Positions 14,663-29,724 of a DNA stretch of 64,000 nucleotides are shown piece after piece; positions within the stretch are counted from its first letter, which is position 1, and each line of letters opens with the position of its first letter. A program made the position numbers and the translations under genes. The notes under the pieces are model-generated. The model was not told where the DNA came from. It worked only from the letters and a program-made list of their open reading frames with translations, and made no database searches. Source of the stretch: Octopus vulgaris. Its lineage: Eukaryota. Location of the stretch: the NCBI GenBank assembly GCA_951406725.2, contig OX597838.1:30256001-30320000 (forward strand), read 5' to 3'.

Positions 14663-15089
14663 TATATACATATATACATATATGTATATATATATATATT
14701 ATATATAATACATTTAAGCGGGGTGCTGAAAAGTTGCTGGTTTGGGGTAAAAGGAAATACGGGAAGATAAGTTACCTTTTTATTCAACGTGTTCTCCTCT
14801 CAGATTCACAGTTATTGCATCGGTCCTTCAGCTTTTCTGAACCCAGTAAAAGAATTCGGAAGGTTGGGTCTTCAGCCAGGCCTTTCGCGATACCCTTAAA
14901 GCCAAGAACTTTTCAGCACCCACCTCTCACTTATGGACCCTCTTTCGATTCCTGTTTTACTCATCTTTAAAACAAACCCATTATATTTTTATGATTAAAT
15001 ATTATTAAGAATTATAAAAGAAATTCTTGAAATAGCTTGTGTATTGTAGAATTATAACCAAACTATTGCACAAATTTTAACAACTAAAT

Positions 15090-15250
15090 CTTATATGGAC
15101 CCCAAAGAGTCATGTGGACCCCAAAGTGTCATGTGGACGCTAAAGAGCATGTGGACCCCAAAGGATCATGTGAACCCCAAAGGGTCATGTGTGCCCTAAA
15201 GAGTCATGTGGACCCTAAAGGGCATGTGGACCCCACTTGAGAACTCCTGT
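15090..15250. mobile_element. hAT-like terminus with subterminal ~20 bp tandem repeats
   Basis: About 7-8 copies of CATGTGGACCCCAAAGRGT ending in CTTGAGAACTCCTG. Confidence 0.55.
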
Positions 15251-16424
15251 AGTAGACCAACATCCCAATAAGTGTTGTTGTTGTTTGTTCCTTCTCGAGC
15301 CCTGCTTAGCTCATAAGGGCTAGTTCCCCGGTTTCATTGGCTTATAGGTTCTCCGCCTGGACGGGACGCCGGTATGTCGCAGGTGAGCTGCTAGAGGCAG
15401 GAGGCAAGAGTGTGGTGGCAAAATTTGAAAACATTACTATCATTACTATTAAGACGGCGAGGTGGCGGAACTGTTAGCACCCCAGGCAAAATGCTTAGCG
15501 GTATTTCGCCCATCTTTACGTTCTGAGTTCAAGAGTTCAAATTTCGCCGATGTCGGTTTTGTCTTTTATCCTTTCAGGTTTGATAAAATAAGTTCTAGTC
15601 GAACAAAGTTTTCAATGTAATTAAATTATTCCCTCCCCCAAAATTGCTGACCTGATTCTATTTAATTTCATTTGTTTTTGTCAACGGTTAACCCTTTAAC
15701 CAATTAATTAATCGATTATGGTTAACCAAATCGCAAATGAAAACAATGAAGTGAAACACAGTCAATGCGTGTGTTTATTATTAACATAATGATTCTCCCG
15801 AGATGCAACAGAACATGTTTCAACACACGGGTTCGCATAAAAAATCTCGTAAACCAAATACAAAAACGAAATATTTACATTGGACTACAGATAACAGATG
15901 TCCCCGTGTGGGGGTATTTCCTCAACTAACAACCCACGCTGTATCGGGATCTCCCTTATTAGCTTCGACCAAATATACTCAGAAAGATAGACACGTAAAG
16001 GAACTGCTCTACATATTGTTGGTTAATAAATTTCAGCAGTTTTGAGACAAAACTCTGTGGTACTCATATAGGCGTTTACCTCTCTTCGAAGTTGACAATG
16101 AGGAAATATTATGGAACATTAGCAGACAGACGAGGATGGAGCGACAGACAGACAGACTGATCGATTTTCAGATTGATAGATAGACTAACAAAGACATACA
16201 TAGAGATAGAGGCTGGTTGACAGACTGATAGACAGATGGATAGAGAGATAGAGAGATAGGCGAGCTGGCAGAAACGGTAGCACGCCGGGCGAAATGCTTT
16301 GCAGTATTTCGTCTGCTGCTACGTTCTGAGTTCAAATTCCGCCGAGGTCGACTTTGCCTTTCATTCTTTCGGGATCGATAAATTAAGTACCAGTTACGCA
16401 CTGGGGTCGATGTAATCGACTTAA

Positions 16425-16552
16425 TCCGTTTGTCTTTCCTTGTTTGTCCCCTCTATGTTTAGCCCCCTGTGGGGAATAAAGAAACAAGATATAGAGAGAT
16501 AGAGAGAGAGACAGGCAGACATATAGACATGTAGACGGATAGAGACAGATAG

Positions 16553-16597
<45 letters not shown>

Positions 16598-16791
16598 AGT
16601 GAAAGAGTGAGGCAGGCAGATAGACATACAGACAGACATAAAGACATAAAGACAGAGATAGACATACAAGAAGACAGACTGAGACAGGTAGACAGACAGA
16701 TACAAGCAGACAGGTAGGCAGTCATATAAACATACAGACAGACAGGTAGGCACCAAACACTCACACGGGGAGAGAGAGAGAGAAATGGAGA

Positions 16792-16861
<70 letters not shown>

Positions 16862-17027
16862 AAGAGAGACAAACAGACAGGTGTACGGACAGAAAAAGAC
16901 AGGCTGCAGACAGAGACAGATAAAGACAGATACAGAGATACAAGAGGATAGCCAGACAAACAGACAGACAGACACACAGACACACAGACAGACAGACAGA
17001 CACACAGACAGACACACAGACAGACAC

Positions 17028-17066
<39 letters not shown>

Positions 17067-18490
17067 GTCCACCAGACCGTTCATAATGAAACTCACGCCA
17101 TTCTTCTTCAGGATAAAAACAAAATGACGATACTGTTGCAATTATCGGCCAAACCATATCAAATGACTTTAATGTTGTGAAAAGAGACGAATTATAAAAG
17201 ACGAGGAATTATTTTCATCAGCTTGTTGGATTATAAATATTCTGGCAGCTAAAAGAATGTGTAATAGCATTTTATTGGTAACTAGAAGTATTGCCCGGCT
17301 CTACGGGGATTTCAGGGAGTCGCTGGCGATGTATCGTGATGATCAAAAATCCGGCCTGCTAAAATTTGGTTAAAGTGATTCAAACTGCAGACTCAACGCA
17401 AAATGGTCACATTTGAATCAAAGCGTTAAAAATGTTATGAAAAGAATTGGTATGTGTTCACAAAGTCCAAACGGTTAATACGAAAACAACCCTCCAGGCT
17501 ACATCCCGAAAATTCATTTCTTTGCCGAATTTCTACAATGTTTACGGCGATTTGTTTTTATATCTTGATTTTTTATTTTTGATGCAATTTACGCATGCTT
17601 GCACACGTGGTGAACACAGTTCACGTCAAACAGCTGACTGAGTGAAGTTCACTATTCAATGCATGGGATAAGGCCTAAACAAACACATTATCGATTTTTG
17701 CACTTGCGAGATGGATTTCGGAACAGAAATAGCGCAGTTCAATTTTCATTCGCCTAAACTTTAAGTGACCCATTTTTGGTGGTTCTACGATTTGTTGGCT
17801 AGGAGGAGATGTGCCGGGAAGTTAAACACACAGACACACAAGTTGAGTTTTATATATATAGATTAACAAAACCGGAATAACATACGATCGCATATCTAAA
17901 GGACATTGATGGATTACCACTGAAGATGGACATAGGTGCGGTATAGAAAATCGAATTGCTAAGGATGTGTGTAGATGGTCACTTTAAATTTTGGCACGAG
18001 ACCAGCAATTTCGGGGTAGGGAATGAGTCGATTACATCGAACCCAGTGTTCAACTGGTATTTATTTATCGACCCCATAAGGATAAAAGGCGATGTCAGTT
18101 TCAACAGAATTTGAACTCAGAATGTAAAGACAGACGAAATGCCACTAAGCATTTTGCACAAGGCTTGAAATTTGGTGGGAAGGGACTAGACAACCACATC
18201 GACCTCAGTGTTTCACTGGTACTTAATTTATCGACTCTGAAAGGAAGAAAGGTAACGTCGACCTCGGCAGAATTTGAACGTGAAAACAGACGAAATGTCG
18301 CTAAGCATTTTGCCCGTCGTGCTAACGATTCTGCCATTCATTTGTCTTTCCTTGTTTGTCCCGTCTATGATTAGCCCCCTGTGGGGAATAAAGAAATAAG
18401 ATATAAAGAGATAGAGAGAGAGACAGGCAGACATATAGACATGTAGACGGATAGAGACAGACAGATAGATAGATAGATAGATATATAGAT

Positions 18491-18523
<33 letters not shown>

Positions 18524-18720
18524 GAGATAGAGAGAGAGAAAGAGAGCGAGAGAGAGAGAGAGAGAGAGAGGAGAAGGCAGATAGACATACAGACAGACAT
18601 AAAGACAGAGATGGACATACAAGCAGACAGACTGAGACAGGTAGACAGACAGATACAAGCAGACAGGTAGGCAGTCATATAAACGCACAGACCGACAGAT
18701 AGGCATCAAACACACACACG

Positions 18721-18814
<94 letters not shown>

Positions 18815-18948
18815 AAGAGAGACAAACAGACAGGTGTACGGACAGAAAAAGACAGGCAGCAGACAGAGACAGATAAAGACAGATACAGAGACACAAGAGG
18901 ATAGCCAGACAGACAGACAGACATACACACAGACAGACACACAGACAC

Positions 18949-18993
<45 letters not shown>

Positions 18994-20460
18994 TAAACAG
19001 ACAGACAGACAGACAGTCCACCAGACCGTTCATAATGAAACTCACGCCATTCTTCTTCAGGATAAAAACAAAATGACGATACTGTTGCAATTATCGGCCA
19101 AACCATATCAAATGACTTTAATGTTGTGAAAAGAGACGAATTATAAAAGACGAGGAATTATTTTCATCAGCTTGTTGGATTATAAATATTCTGGCAGCTA
19201 AAAGAATGTGTAATAGCATTTTATTGGTAACTAGAAGTATTGCCCGGCTCTACGGGGATTTCAGGGAGTCGCTGGCGATGTATCGTGATGATCAAAAATC
19301 CGGCCTGCTAAAATTTGGTTAAAGTGATTCAAACTGCAGACTCAACGCAAAATGGTCACATTTGATTCAAAGCGTTAAAAACGTTATGAAAAGAATTGGT
19401 ATGTGTTCACAAAGTCCAAACGGTTAATACGAAAACAACCCTCCAGGCTACATCCCGAAAATTCATTTCTTTGCCGAATTTCTACAATGTTTACGGCGAT
19501 TCGTTTTTATATCTTGATTTTATTATTTTTCATGCAATTTACGCATGCTTGCACGCATGGTGAACACAGTTCACGTCAAACAGCTGACTGAGTAAAGTTC
19601 ACTATTCAATGCATGGGATAAGGCCTAAACAAACACATTATCGATTTTTGCACTTGCGAGATGGATTTCGGAACAGAAATAGCGCAGTTCAATTTTCATT
19701 CGCCTAAACTTTAAGTGACCCATTTTTGGTGGTTCTACGATTTGTTGGCTAGGAGGAGATGTGCCGGGAAGTTAAACACACGGACACACACACAGATACA
19801 CACACAGACACACAAGTTGAGTTTTATATATAGATAGATTAACGAAACCGGAATAACATACGATCGCATATCTAAAGGACATTGATGGATTACCACTGAA
19901 GATGGACATAGGTGCGGTATAGAAAATCGAATTGCTAAGGATGTGTGTAAATGGTCACTTTAAATTTTGGCTCGAGACCAGCAATTTCGGGGTAGGGAAT
20001 GGGTCGATTACGTCGAACCCAGTGTTCAACTGGTATTTATTTATCGACCCCGAAAGGATAAAAGGCGATATCAGTTTCAACAGAATTTGAACTCAGAATG
20101 TAAAGACAGACGAAATGCCACTAAGCATTTTGCACAAGGCTTGAAATTTGGTGGGAAGGGACTAGACAACCACATCGACCTCAGTGTTTCACTGGTACTT
20201 AATTTATCGACTCTGAAAGGAAGAAAGGTAACGTCGACCTCGGCAGAATTTGAACGTGAAAACAGACGAAATGTCGCTAAGCATTTTGCCCGTCGTGCTA
20301 ACGATTCTGCCATTCATTTGTCTTTCCTTGTTTGTCCCGTCTATGATTAGCCCCCTGTGGGGAATAAAGAAATAAGATATAAAGAGATAGAGAGAGAGAC
20401 AGGCAGACATATAGACATGTAGACGGATAGAGACAGACAGATAGATAGATAGATAGATAT

Positions 20461-20506
<46 letters not shown>

Positions 20507-20688
20507 AAAGAGAGCGAGAGAGAGAGAGAGAGAAAGAGGAGAAGGCAGATAGACATACAGACAGACATAAAGACAGAGATGGACATACAAGCAGACAGAC
20601 TGAGACAGGTAGACAGACAGATACAAGCAGACAGGTAGGCAGTCATATAAACGCACAGACCGACAGATAGGCATCAAACACACACACG

Positions 20689-20760
<72 letters not shown>

Positions 20761-20894
20761 AAGAGAGACAAACAGACAGGTGTACGGACAGAAAAAGACA
20801 GGCAGCAGACAGAGACAGATAAAGACAGATACAGAGACACAAGAGGATAGCCAGACAGACAGACAGACATACACACAGACAGACACACAGACAC

Positions 20895-20939
<45 letters not shown>

Positions 20940-22388
20940 TAAACAGACAGACAGACAGACAGTCCACCAGACCGTTCATAATGAAACTCACGCCATTCTT
21001 CTTCAGGATAAAAACAAAATGACGATACTGTTGCAATTATCGGCCAAACCATATCAAATGACTTTAATGTTGTGAAAAGAGACGAATTATAAAAGACGAG
21101 GAATTATTTTCATCAGCTTGTTGGATTATAAATATTCTGGCAGCTAAAAGAATGTGTAATAGCATTTTATTGGTAACTAGAAGTATTGCCCGGCTCTACG
21201 GGGATTTCAGGGAGTCGCTGGCGATGTATCGTGATGATCAAAAATCCGGCCTGCTAAAATTTGGTTAAAGTGATTCAAACTGCAGACTCAACGCAAAATG
21301 GTCACATTTGATTCAAAGCGTTAAAAACGTTATGAAAAGAATTGGTATGTGTTCACAAAGTCCAAACGGTTAATACGAAAACAACCCTCCAGGCTACATC
21401 CCGAAAATTCATTTCTTTGCCGAATTTCTACAATGTTTACGGCGATTCGTTTTTATATCTTGATTTTATTATTTTTCATGCAATTTACGCATGCTTGCAC
21501 GCATGGTGAACACAGTTCACGTCAAACAGCTGACTGAGTAAAGTTCACTATTCAATGCATGGGATAAGGCCTAAACAAACACATTATCGATTTTTGCACT
21601 TGCGAGATGGATTTCGGAACAGAAATAGCGCAGTTCAATTTTCATTCGCCTAAACTTTAAGTGACCCATTTTTGGTGGTTCTACGATTTGTTGGCTAGGA
21701 GGAGATGTGCCGGGAAGTTAAACACACGGACACACACACAGATACACACACAGACACACAAGTTGAGTTTTATATATAGATAGATTAACGAAACCGGAAT
21801 AACATACGATCGCATATCTAAAGGACATTGATGGATTACCACTGAAGATGGACATAGGTGCGGTATAGAAAATCGAATTGCTAAGGATGTGTGTAAATGG
21901 TCACTTTAAATTTTGGCTCGAGACCAGCAATTTCGGGGTAGGGAATGGGTCGATTACGTCGAACCCAGTGTTCAACTGGTATTTATTTATCGACCCCGAA
22001 AGGATAAAAGGCGATATCAGTTTCAACAGAATTTGAACTCAGAATGTAAAGACAGACGAAATGCCACTAAGCATTTTGCACAAGGCTTGAAATTTGGTGG
22101 GGAGGGACTAGACAACCACATCGACCTCAGTGTTTCACTGGTACTTAATTTATCGACTCTGAAAGGAAGAAAGGTAACGTCGACCTCGGCAGAATTTGAA
22201 CGTGAAAACAGGCGAAATGTCGCTAAGCATTTTGCCCGTCGTGCTAACGATTCTGCCATCCATTTGTCTTTCCTTGTTTGTCCTCTCTATGATTAGCCCC
22301 CAGTGGGGAATAAAGACATAAGATATAAAGAGATAGAGAGAGAGACAGGCAGACATATAGACATGTAGACGGATAGAGACAGACAGAC

Positions 22389-22457
<69 letters not shown>

Positions 22458-22624
22458 GAGAAAGTGAAAGAGTGGGGCAGGCAGATAGACATACAGACAG
22501 ACATAAAGACAAAGATAGACATACAAGCAGACAGACTGAGACAGGTAGACAGACAGATACAAGCAGACAGGTAAGCAGTCATATAAATGCACAGACAGAT
22601 ATGTAGGCATCAAACACACACACG

Positions 22625-22702
<78 letters not shown>

Positions 22703-24107
22703 AAGAAAGAGAGACAAACAGACAGGTGTACGGACAGAAAAAGACAGGCAGCAGACAGAGACAGATAAAGACAGATACAAGAGGATAGCCAGACAGACAG
22801 ACAGACAGACAAAAAGACAGACAGACAGACAGTCCACCAGACCGTTCATAATGAAATTGACGCCATTCTTCTTCAGGATAAAAACAAAATGACGATACTG
22901 TTGCAATTATCGGCCAAACCATATCAAATGACTTTAATGTTGTGAAAAGAGACGAATTATAAAAGACGAGGAATTATTTTCATCAGCTTGTTGGATTATA
23001 AATATTCTGGCAGCTAAAAAAATGTGTAATACCATTTTATTGGTAACTAGCAGTATTGCCCGGCTCTACGGGGATTTCAGGGAGTCGCTGGCGATGTATC
23101 GTGATGATCAAAAATCCGGCCTGCTAAAATTTGGTTAAAGTGATTCAAACTGATGACTCAACGCAAAATGGTCTCATTTGATTCAAAGCGTTAAAAATGT
23201 TATGAAAAGAATTGGTATGTGTTCACAAAGTCCAAACGGTTAATACGGAAAAAAACCCTCCAGGCTACATCCCGAAAATTCATTTCTTTGCCGAATTTCT
23301 ACAATGTTTACGGCGATTCGTTTTTATATCTTGATTTTTTATTTTTCATGCAATTTACGCATGCTTGCACGCATGGTGAACACAGTTCACGTCAAACAGC
23401 TGACTGAGTGAAGTTCACTATTCAATGCATGGGATAAGGCCTAAACAAACACATTATCGATTTTTGCACTTGCGAGATGGATTTCGGAACAGAAATAGCG
23501 CAGTTCAATTTTCATTCGCCTAAACTTTAAGTGACCCATTTTTGGTGGTTCTACGATTTGTTGGCTTGGAGGAGATGTACCGGGAAGTTAAACACACGGA
23601 CACACACAGATACACACACAGACACACAAGTTGAGTTTTATATAGATAGATTAACGAAATCGGAATAACATACGATCGCATATCTAAAGGACATTGATGG
23701 ATACCACTGAAGATGGACATAGGTGCGGTATAGAAAATCGAATTGCTAAGGATGTGTGTAAATGGTCACTTTAAATTTTGGCACGAGACCAGAAATTTCG
23801 GGGTAGGGAATGAGTCGATTTTATCGAACCCAATATTCAACTGGTACTTATTTATCGACCCCGAAAGGATAAAAGGCGATATCAGTTTCAACAGAATTTG
23901 AACTCAGAATGTAAAGACAGACGAAATGCCACTAAGCATTTTGCACAAGGCTTGAAATTTGGTGGGGAGGGACTAGACAACCACATCGACCTCAGTGTTT
24001 CACTGGTACTTAATTTATCGACTCTGAAAGAAAGAAAAGTAACGTCGACCTCGGCAGAATTTGAACGTGAAAACAGACGAAATGTCGCTAAGTATTTTTC
24101 CCGTCTC

Positions 24108-24147
<40 letters not shown>

Positions 24148-24384
24148 GAGCGAGAGAGAGAGAGCGAGAGAGAGAGAGAGAGAGAAAGTGAAAGAGTGAG
24201 GCAGGCAGATAGACATACATTCAGACATAAAGACAAAGATGGACATACAAGCAGACAGACTGAGACAGGTAGACAGACAGATACAAGCAGACAGGTAGGC
24301 AGTCATATAAACGTACAGACAGACAGGTAGGCATCAAACACACACACACGGGGGGGGGGGGGAGACAGAGAGAGAGAGAGAGAC

Positions 24385-24429
<45 letters not shown>

Positions 24430-24523
24430 AAGAGAGACAAACAGACAGGTGTACGGACAGAAAAAGACAGGCAGCAGAAAGAGACAGATAAAGACAGATA
24501 CAAGAGGATAGCCAGACAGACAA

Positions 24524-24582
<59 letters not shown>

Positions 24583-25888
24583 GTCCACCAGACCGTTCAT
24601 AATGAAACTGACGCCATTCTTCTTCAGGATAAAAACAAAATGACGATACTGTTGCAATTATCGGCCAAACCATATCAAATGACTTTAATGTTGTGAAAAG
24701 AGACGAATTATAAAAGACGAGGAATTATTTTCATCAGCTTGTTGGATTATAAATATTTTGGCAGCCAAAAGAATGTGTAATACCATTTTATTGGTAACTA
24801 ACAGTATTGCCCGGCTCTACGGGGATTTCAGGGAGTCGCTGGCGATGTATCGTGATGATCAAAAATCCGGCCTGCTAAAATTTGGTTAAAGTGATTCAAA
24901 CTGCAGACTCAACGCAAAATGGTCACATTTAATTCAAAGCGTTAAAAATGCTATGAAAACAATTGGTATGTGTTCACAAAGTCCAAACGATTAATACGAA
25001 AAAACCCTCTAGGTTACATCCCGAAAATTCATTTCTTTGCCGAATGTCTACAATGTTTACGGCGATTCGTTTTTATATCTTGATTTTTTATTTTTCATGC
25101 AATTTACGCATGCTTGCACGCGCGGTGAACACAGTTCACGTCAAACAGCTGACTGAGTAAAGTTCACTATTCAATGCATGGGATAAGGCCTAAACAAACA
25201 CATTATCGATTTTTGCACTTGCGAGACTGAATACGGAACAGAAATAGCGCAGTTCAATTTTCATTCGCCTAAACTTTAAGTGACCCATTTTTGGTGGTTC
25301 TACGATTTGTTGGCTAGGAGGAGATGCGCCGGGAAGTTAAACACACAGAGACACACACACAGATACACACACAGACACACAAGTTGAATTTATATATAGA
25401 GAGATTAACAAAACCGGAATAACATACGATCGCATATCTAAAGGACATTGATGGATTACCACTGAAGATGGACATAGGTGCGGTATAGAAAATCGAATTG
25501 CTAAGGATGTGTGTAATTGGTCACTTTAAATTTTGGCACGAGACCAGCAATTTCGGGGTAGGGAATGAGTCGATTTTATCGAACCCAGTGTTCAACTGGT
25601 ACTTATTTATCGACCCCGAAAGGATAAAAGGCGTTGTCAGTTTGAACAGAATTTGAACTCAGAATGTAAAGACAGACGAAATGCCACTAAGCATTTTGCA
25701 CAAGGCTTGAAATTTGGTGGGAAGGGACTAGACAACCACATCGACCTCAGTGTTTCACTGGTACTTAATTTACCGACTCTGAAAGGAAGAAAGGTAACGT
25801 CGACCTCGGCAGAATTTGAACGTGAAAACAGACGAAATGTCTCTAAGCATTTTCCCCGTCGTGCTAACGATTCTGCCAGCTCGCCAAC
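16425..25888. repeat. tandem array of five ~1.75-1.95 kb units (microsatellite + unique segment + Helitron + SINE remnants)
   Basis: Marker GTCCACCAGACCGTTCATAATGAAA at ~17067, 19016, 20962, 22832 and 24583. Confidence 0.95.
17282..17862 (-). mobile_element. non-autonomous Helitron (one per tandem unit)
   Basis: On the minus strand: 5' TCTATATATATAAAA ... 3' hairpin CCCCGTAGAGCCGGG + CTAG. Repeated at ~19231, 21177, 23047 and 24798. Confidence 0.65.
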
Positions 25889-25978
25889 TTAATGTATGCA
25901 AATATTAAGACAATCTCGTCCAGTGGTTAAGAACGTGGCTACTAACCCCAAGATTCTGAGCTCGATTCCAGGCAGTGA

Positions 25979-26056
<78 letters not shown>

Positions 26057-26064
26057 TGATGATG

Positions 26065-26149
<85 letters not shown>

Positions 26150-26178
26150 TAATAATAATAATGATGATAATAATGATG

Positions 26179-26275
<97 letters not shown>

Positions 26276-26282
26276 TGATGAA

Positions 26283-26338
<56 letters not shown>

Positions 26339-26376
26339 TAATAATAACAATAATAATAATAATAATAATAATGATG

Positions 26377-26447
<71 letters not shown>

Positions 26448-26448
<1 letters not shown>

Positions 26449-27288
26449 GATCAATGCCTACCAACAAGAAACTACCAGGCCAACATATTAATGATCAGAA
26501 GCAGTCCAACGTGTCGTGTATGCAAGCAACAAAATGAAACCATTGACCATGTGGTCTCCAAGTGCAGTCTTCTAGCGCCTACAGAGTATCTCAACAGGCA
26601 CGATAGAGCTGCACAATATATTCACTGGGTAATCTGTAAAAACCTGGATTTGCCCCATGAAAAAAACTGGTGGGAACACAAACCACCCCCAGTGCTTGAA
26701 AATGACCACATCTCACTCCTCTGGAACTTCGCCATTCAAACTGACAGAAAGATAGATGCAAATAGGCCAGACATCATATTGAAAGACTTCAAACAAAGAA
26801 CATGCCTCCTCATTGATATGACTGTCCCAATCGATATAAACGTATCTGTCAAGACCTATCAAAAACTGAGCAAATATAAAGATCTTGAAATAGAAATCAG
26901 CAAAATGTGGAAGCTGAAGACTAAAACAATACCTGTTGTCATAGGTGCCCTGGGAATGATAGCAAAAGGGGCAGATAGCTACCTAACTCAGATACCAGGA
27001 AACCCAAAAATGGCAGAAATTCAAAAGATAGTGCTCATGGGAACTGCTCATATCCTACGCAAAATACTTTCTATGTAATCTCAAGGTTTAAAACAAACAT
27101 AATTTTCGGTAAAAAAAAAAAAAAAAAAAAATTTTTTTTAGACATTCATTAGTACAACACCCCCACCCACCAAATATATGGCACACTAGGCATAACAACA
27201 ACATGAACTTCCAACCCTGTTGTCTCTTGAGGTCTCTGGGTGAGACTTGGAGCCAACTTGTACAAATATAAAGCAAAAGTCAAACATA

Positions 27289-27290
<2 letters not shown>
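26448..27290 (+). mobile_element. 5'-truncated R4/Dong-type LINE with an intact C-terminal reading frame (CCHC knuckle + RLE endonuclease)
   Basis: CRVCKQQNETIDHVVSKC, RHDR, RPDIILKD...LIDMTVP...KLSKYKDL, VIGALG; stop at 27078; long (AAT)n tracts on both sides. Confidence 0.92.
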
Positions 27291-27368
<78 letters not shown>

Positions 27369-27407
27369 GCAACGTCGAAAAATACCTTAGGTTCAAAATT
27401 TGCGCAA

Positions 27408-27453
27408 GACACCTGATGAAGGCTGGAGGGTATATCAGCCGAAACGTTGTGTT
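27408..27453 (+). ncRNA. minimal type-I hammerhead ribozyme motif (Penelope-like pLTR type)
   Basis: GACAC-CTGATGA-A-GGCTG(loop)CAGCC-GAAACGTT-GTGTT: canonical core, 5 bp stem II, stem I GACAC/GTGTT, palindromic stem III. Confidence 0.8.
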
Positions 27454-27648
27454 AACAACAACCAAGATGAGGACAAATATCCGTCAATTGTAAATAACAT
27501 AAATAATTCCTCATCTCTGAAATATAGAAGTGTATTATTGACAGATTTCCTGTTCGAAATTGTATTATGATTGCAATTTGGATATTTTAAAAATAAAATG
27601 TAGATATTTTGAAATAATTATGAGAATATATCTTTATATTTATTGTTT

Positions 27649-28014
27649 AGGCGCAGGAGTGGCTGTGTGGTAAGTAGCTTGTTTACCAACCACATGGTTC
27701 CGGGTTCAGTCCCACTGCGTGGCACCTTGGGCAAGTGTCTCCTACTATAGCCTCGGGCCGACCAAAGCCTTGTGAGTGGATTTGGTAGACGGAAACTGAA
27801 AGAAGCCCGTCGTATATATGTATATATATATGCGTGTGTGTGTTTGTGTGTCTGTGTTTGTCCCCCTAGCATTGCTTGATAACCGATGCTGGTGTGTTTA
27901 TGTCCCCGTTACTTAGCGGTTCGGCAAAAGAGACCGATAGAATAAGTACTGGGCTTACAAAAGAATAAGTCCCGGGGTCGAGTTGCTCGACTAAAGGCGG
28001 TGCTCCAGCATGGC
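27649..28014 (+). mobile_element. tRNA-derived SINE, family 1
   Basis: Near full-length match to the other family 1 copies. Confidence 0.85.
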
Positions 28015-28504
28015 CCATTAATTATCCAGAAACCCATTGCTTAAATAGCCACAATATACATCGGTGTAGTGTTATCGGATACGCCAATTTTCCATATTAA
28101 ACACATTCCTGGAAGCTGACAAGTAAATACTAATGACCTGAGCGGACGCCGTATTTCGTTACGCTACCAAAATATACGATGAAGTATGTTAAAGGTCTTT
28201 AAGAAGTCAACGACGTGTTCAACTATGTTCATCATCATCATCATCATCGTCGTCGTCATCATGATCATCATCATGATCATCATCATCATCATCGTCGTCG
28301 TCGTCATCATCATCATCATCATCGTCATCATCATCATCGTCATCGTCGTCGTCGTCGTCGTCATCATCATAATCATCATTATCATCATCATCGTCGTCGT
28401 CGTCATCATCGTCGTCGTCGTCATCATCATCATCATCATTATCGTCGTCGTCATCATCGTCGTCATCATTATCATCATCATCATCATCATCGTCGTCGTC
28501 GTCG

Positions 28505-28535
<31 letters not shown>

Positions 28536-28589
28536 TATCATCATCATCATCGTTATCGTCGTCGTCGTCGTCGTCATCATCATCATCAC

Positions 28590-28630
<41 letters not shown>

Positions 28631-28949
28631 TGATGATGATGATAATAATAATCATAATGGATAATTCACCTTTGGAAACATGGGTAGTCCGTTCAACGTC
28701 CTTAAACAATCCTTATTCAGGGACCTTTTGTGCGGGATGGGCTACTCAAGCCCTTCCTCTCCCTTCTCCCCCCCTCTCCTCCTCAATCATCATCATCATC
28801 GCCATTATCATTATCAGTAACATCATTCGTATCGTCGTCGTTGTTGATAATGCTGAAACTATTATTATTATTATTATTATTGTTGTTGTTGTTGTTGTTA
28901 TTATTATTATTATTATTGTTGTTGTTGTTGTTATTATTATTATTATTCA

Positions 28950-29016
<67 letters not shown>

Positions 29017-29026
29017 TATTATTATT

Positions 29027-29547
29027 GCCTTTGTACTACAGTGTCAGTGAACTAAGGTAACACCTCTTATTTTTCGAGCATCTTCCGAAGTATTCGAGCG
29101 GTTCCAAGCAGTGCTGTTTTCTGCAAATGCTCCACCCTTATTGCAGCCCCTATTTGTTCCATGTACTTCTTAAGACTTTTACTCACCGTTCCCAGCGCTC
29201 CGACAATTATTGGTACTACTACCACCTTTTTCATTGACCACAAGTGCTTAACTTCCCCAGCTAACCTGTTATATCTGTCGACTTTTCTCTCTTCCTTATT
29301 GCATACCTTGTTGTTAGCTGGGTATGCTATATCTATGATCCAGCATCGTTTGCTTTCTTTCTCAACTAAGACTATGCCTGGTTTCCTATGCCCTTTCTCA
29401 TGGACGCACTGAATCATAAATCCCATAGGATCTTTGCATTATCACTTCCGATAATTCATTCGGGTTTATGTTCGTACCACTTTTTTGCTCTGTCAAGTTC
29501 ATACTTGTTGCAAAGTGTCCAATGGACAATCCTTGCTATATTGCTAT
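29027..29547 (-). mobile_element. R4/Dong-type LINE 3' fragment (another subfamily)
   Basis: RKPGIVLVEKESKRCWIIDIAYP...KVDRYNRLAGEVKHLWSMKKVVVVPIIVGALG...LQKTALLGTARILRKMLEK*; lies between TAA-type tracts. Confidence 0.85.
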
Positions 29548-29553
29548 ATTATT

Positions 29554-29634
<81 letters not shown>

Positions 29635-29647
29635 GTTATTGTCATTG

Positions 29648-29724
<77 letters not shown>

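Noticed and set aside
17905-17960. CTGAAGA...GAAA hammerhead-like core in each tandem unit (similar degenerate cases at ~12180-12215 and ~16035-16095)
   Set aside because: Stem pairing or core nucleotides are not preserved; at most dead remnants.
26053-27078. 341-aa ORF as an intact gene
   Set aside because: The N-terminal third is (ATA)n microsatellite fused by chance to a 5'-truncated LINE.
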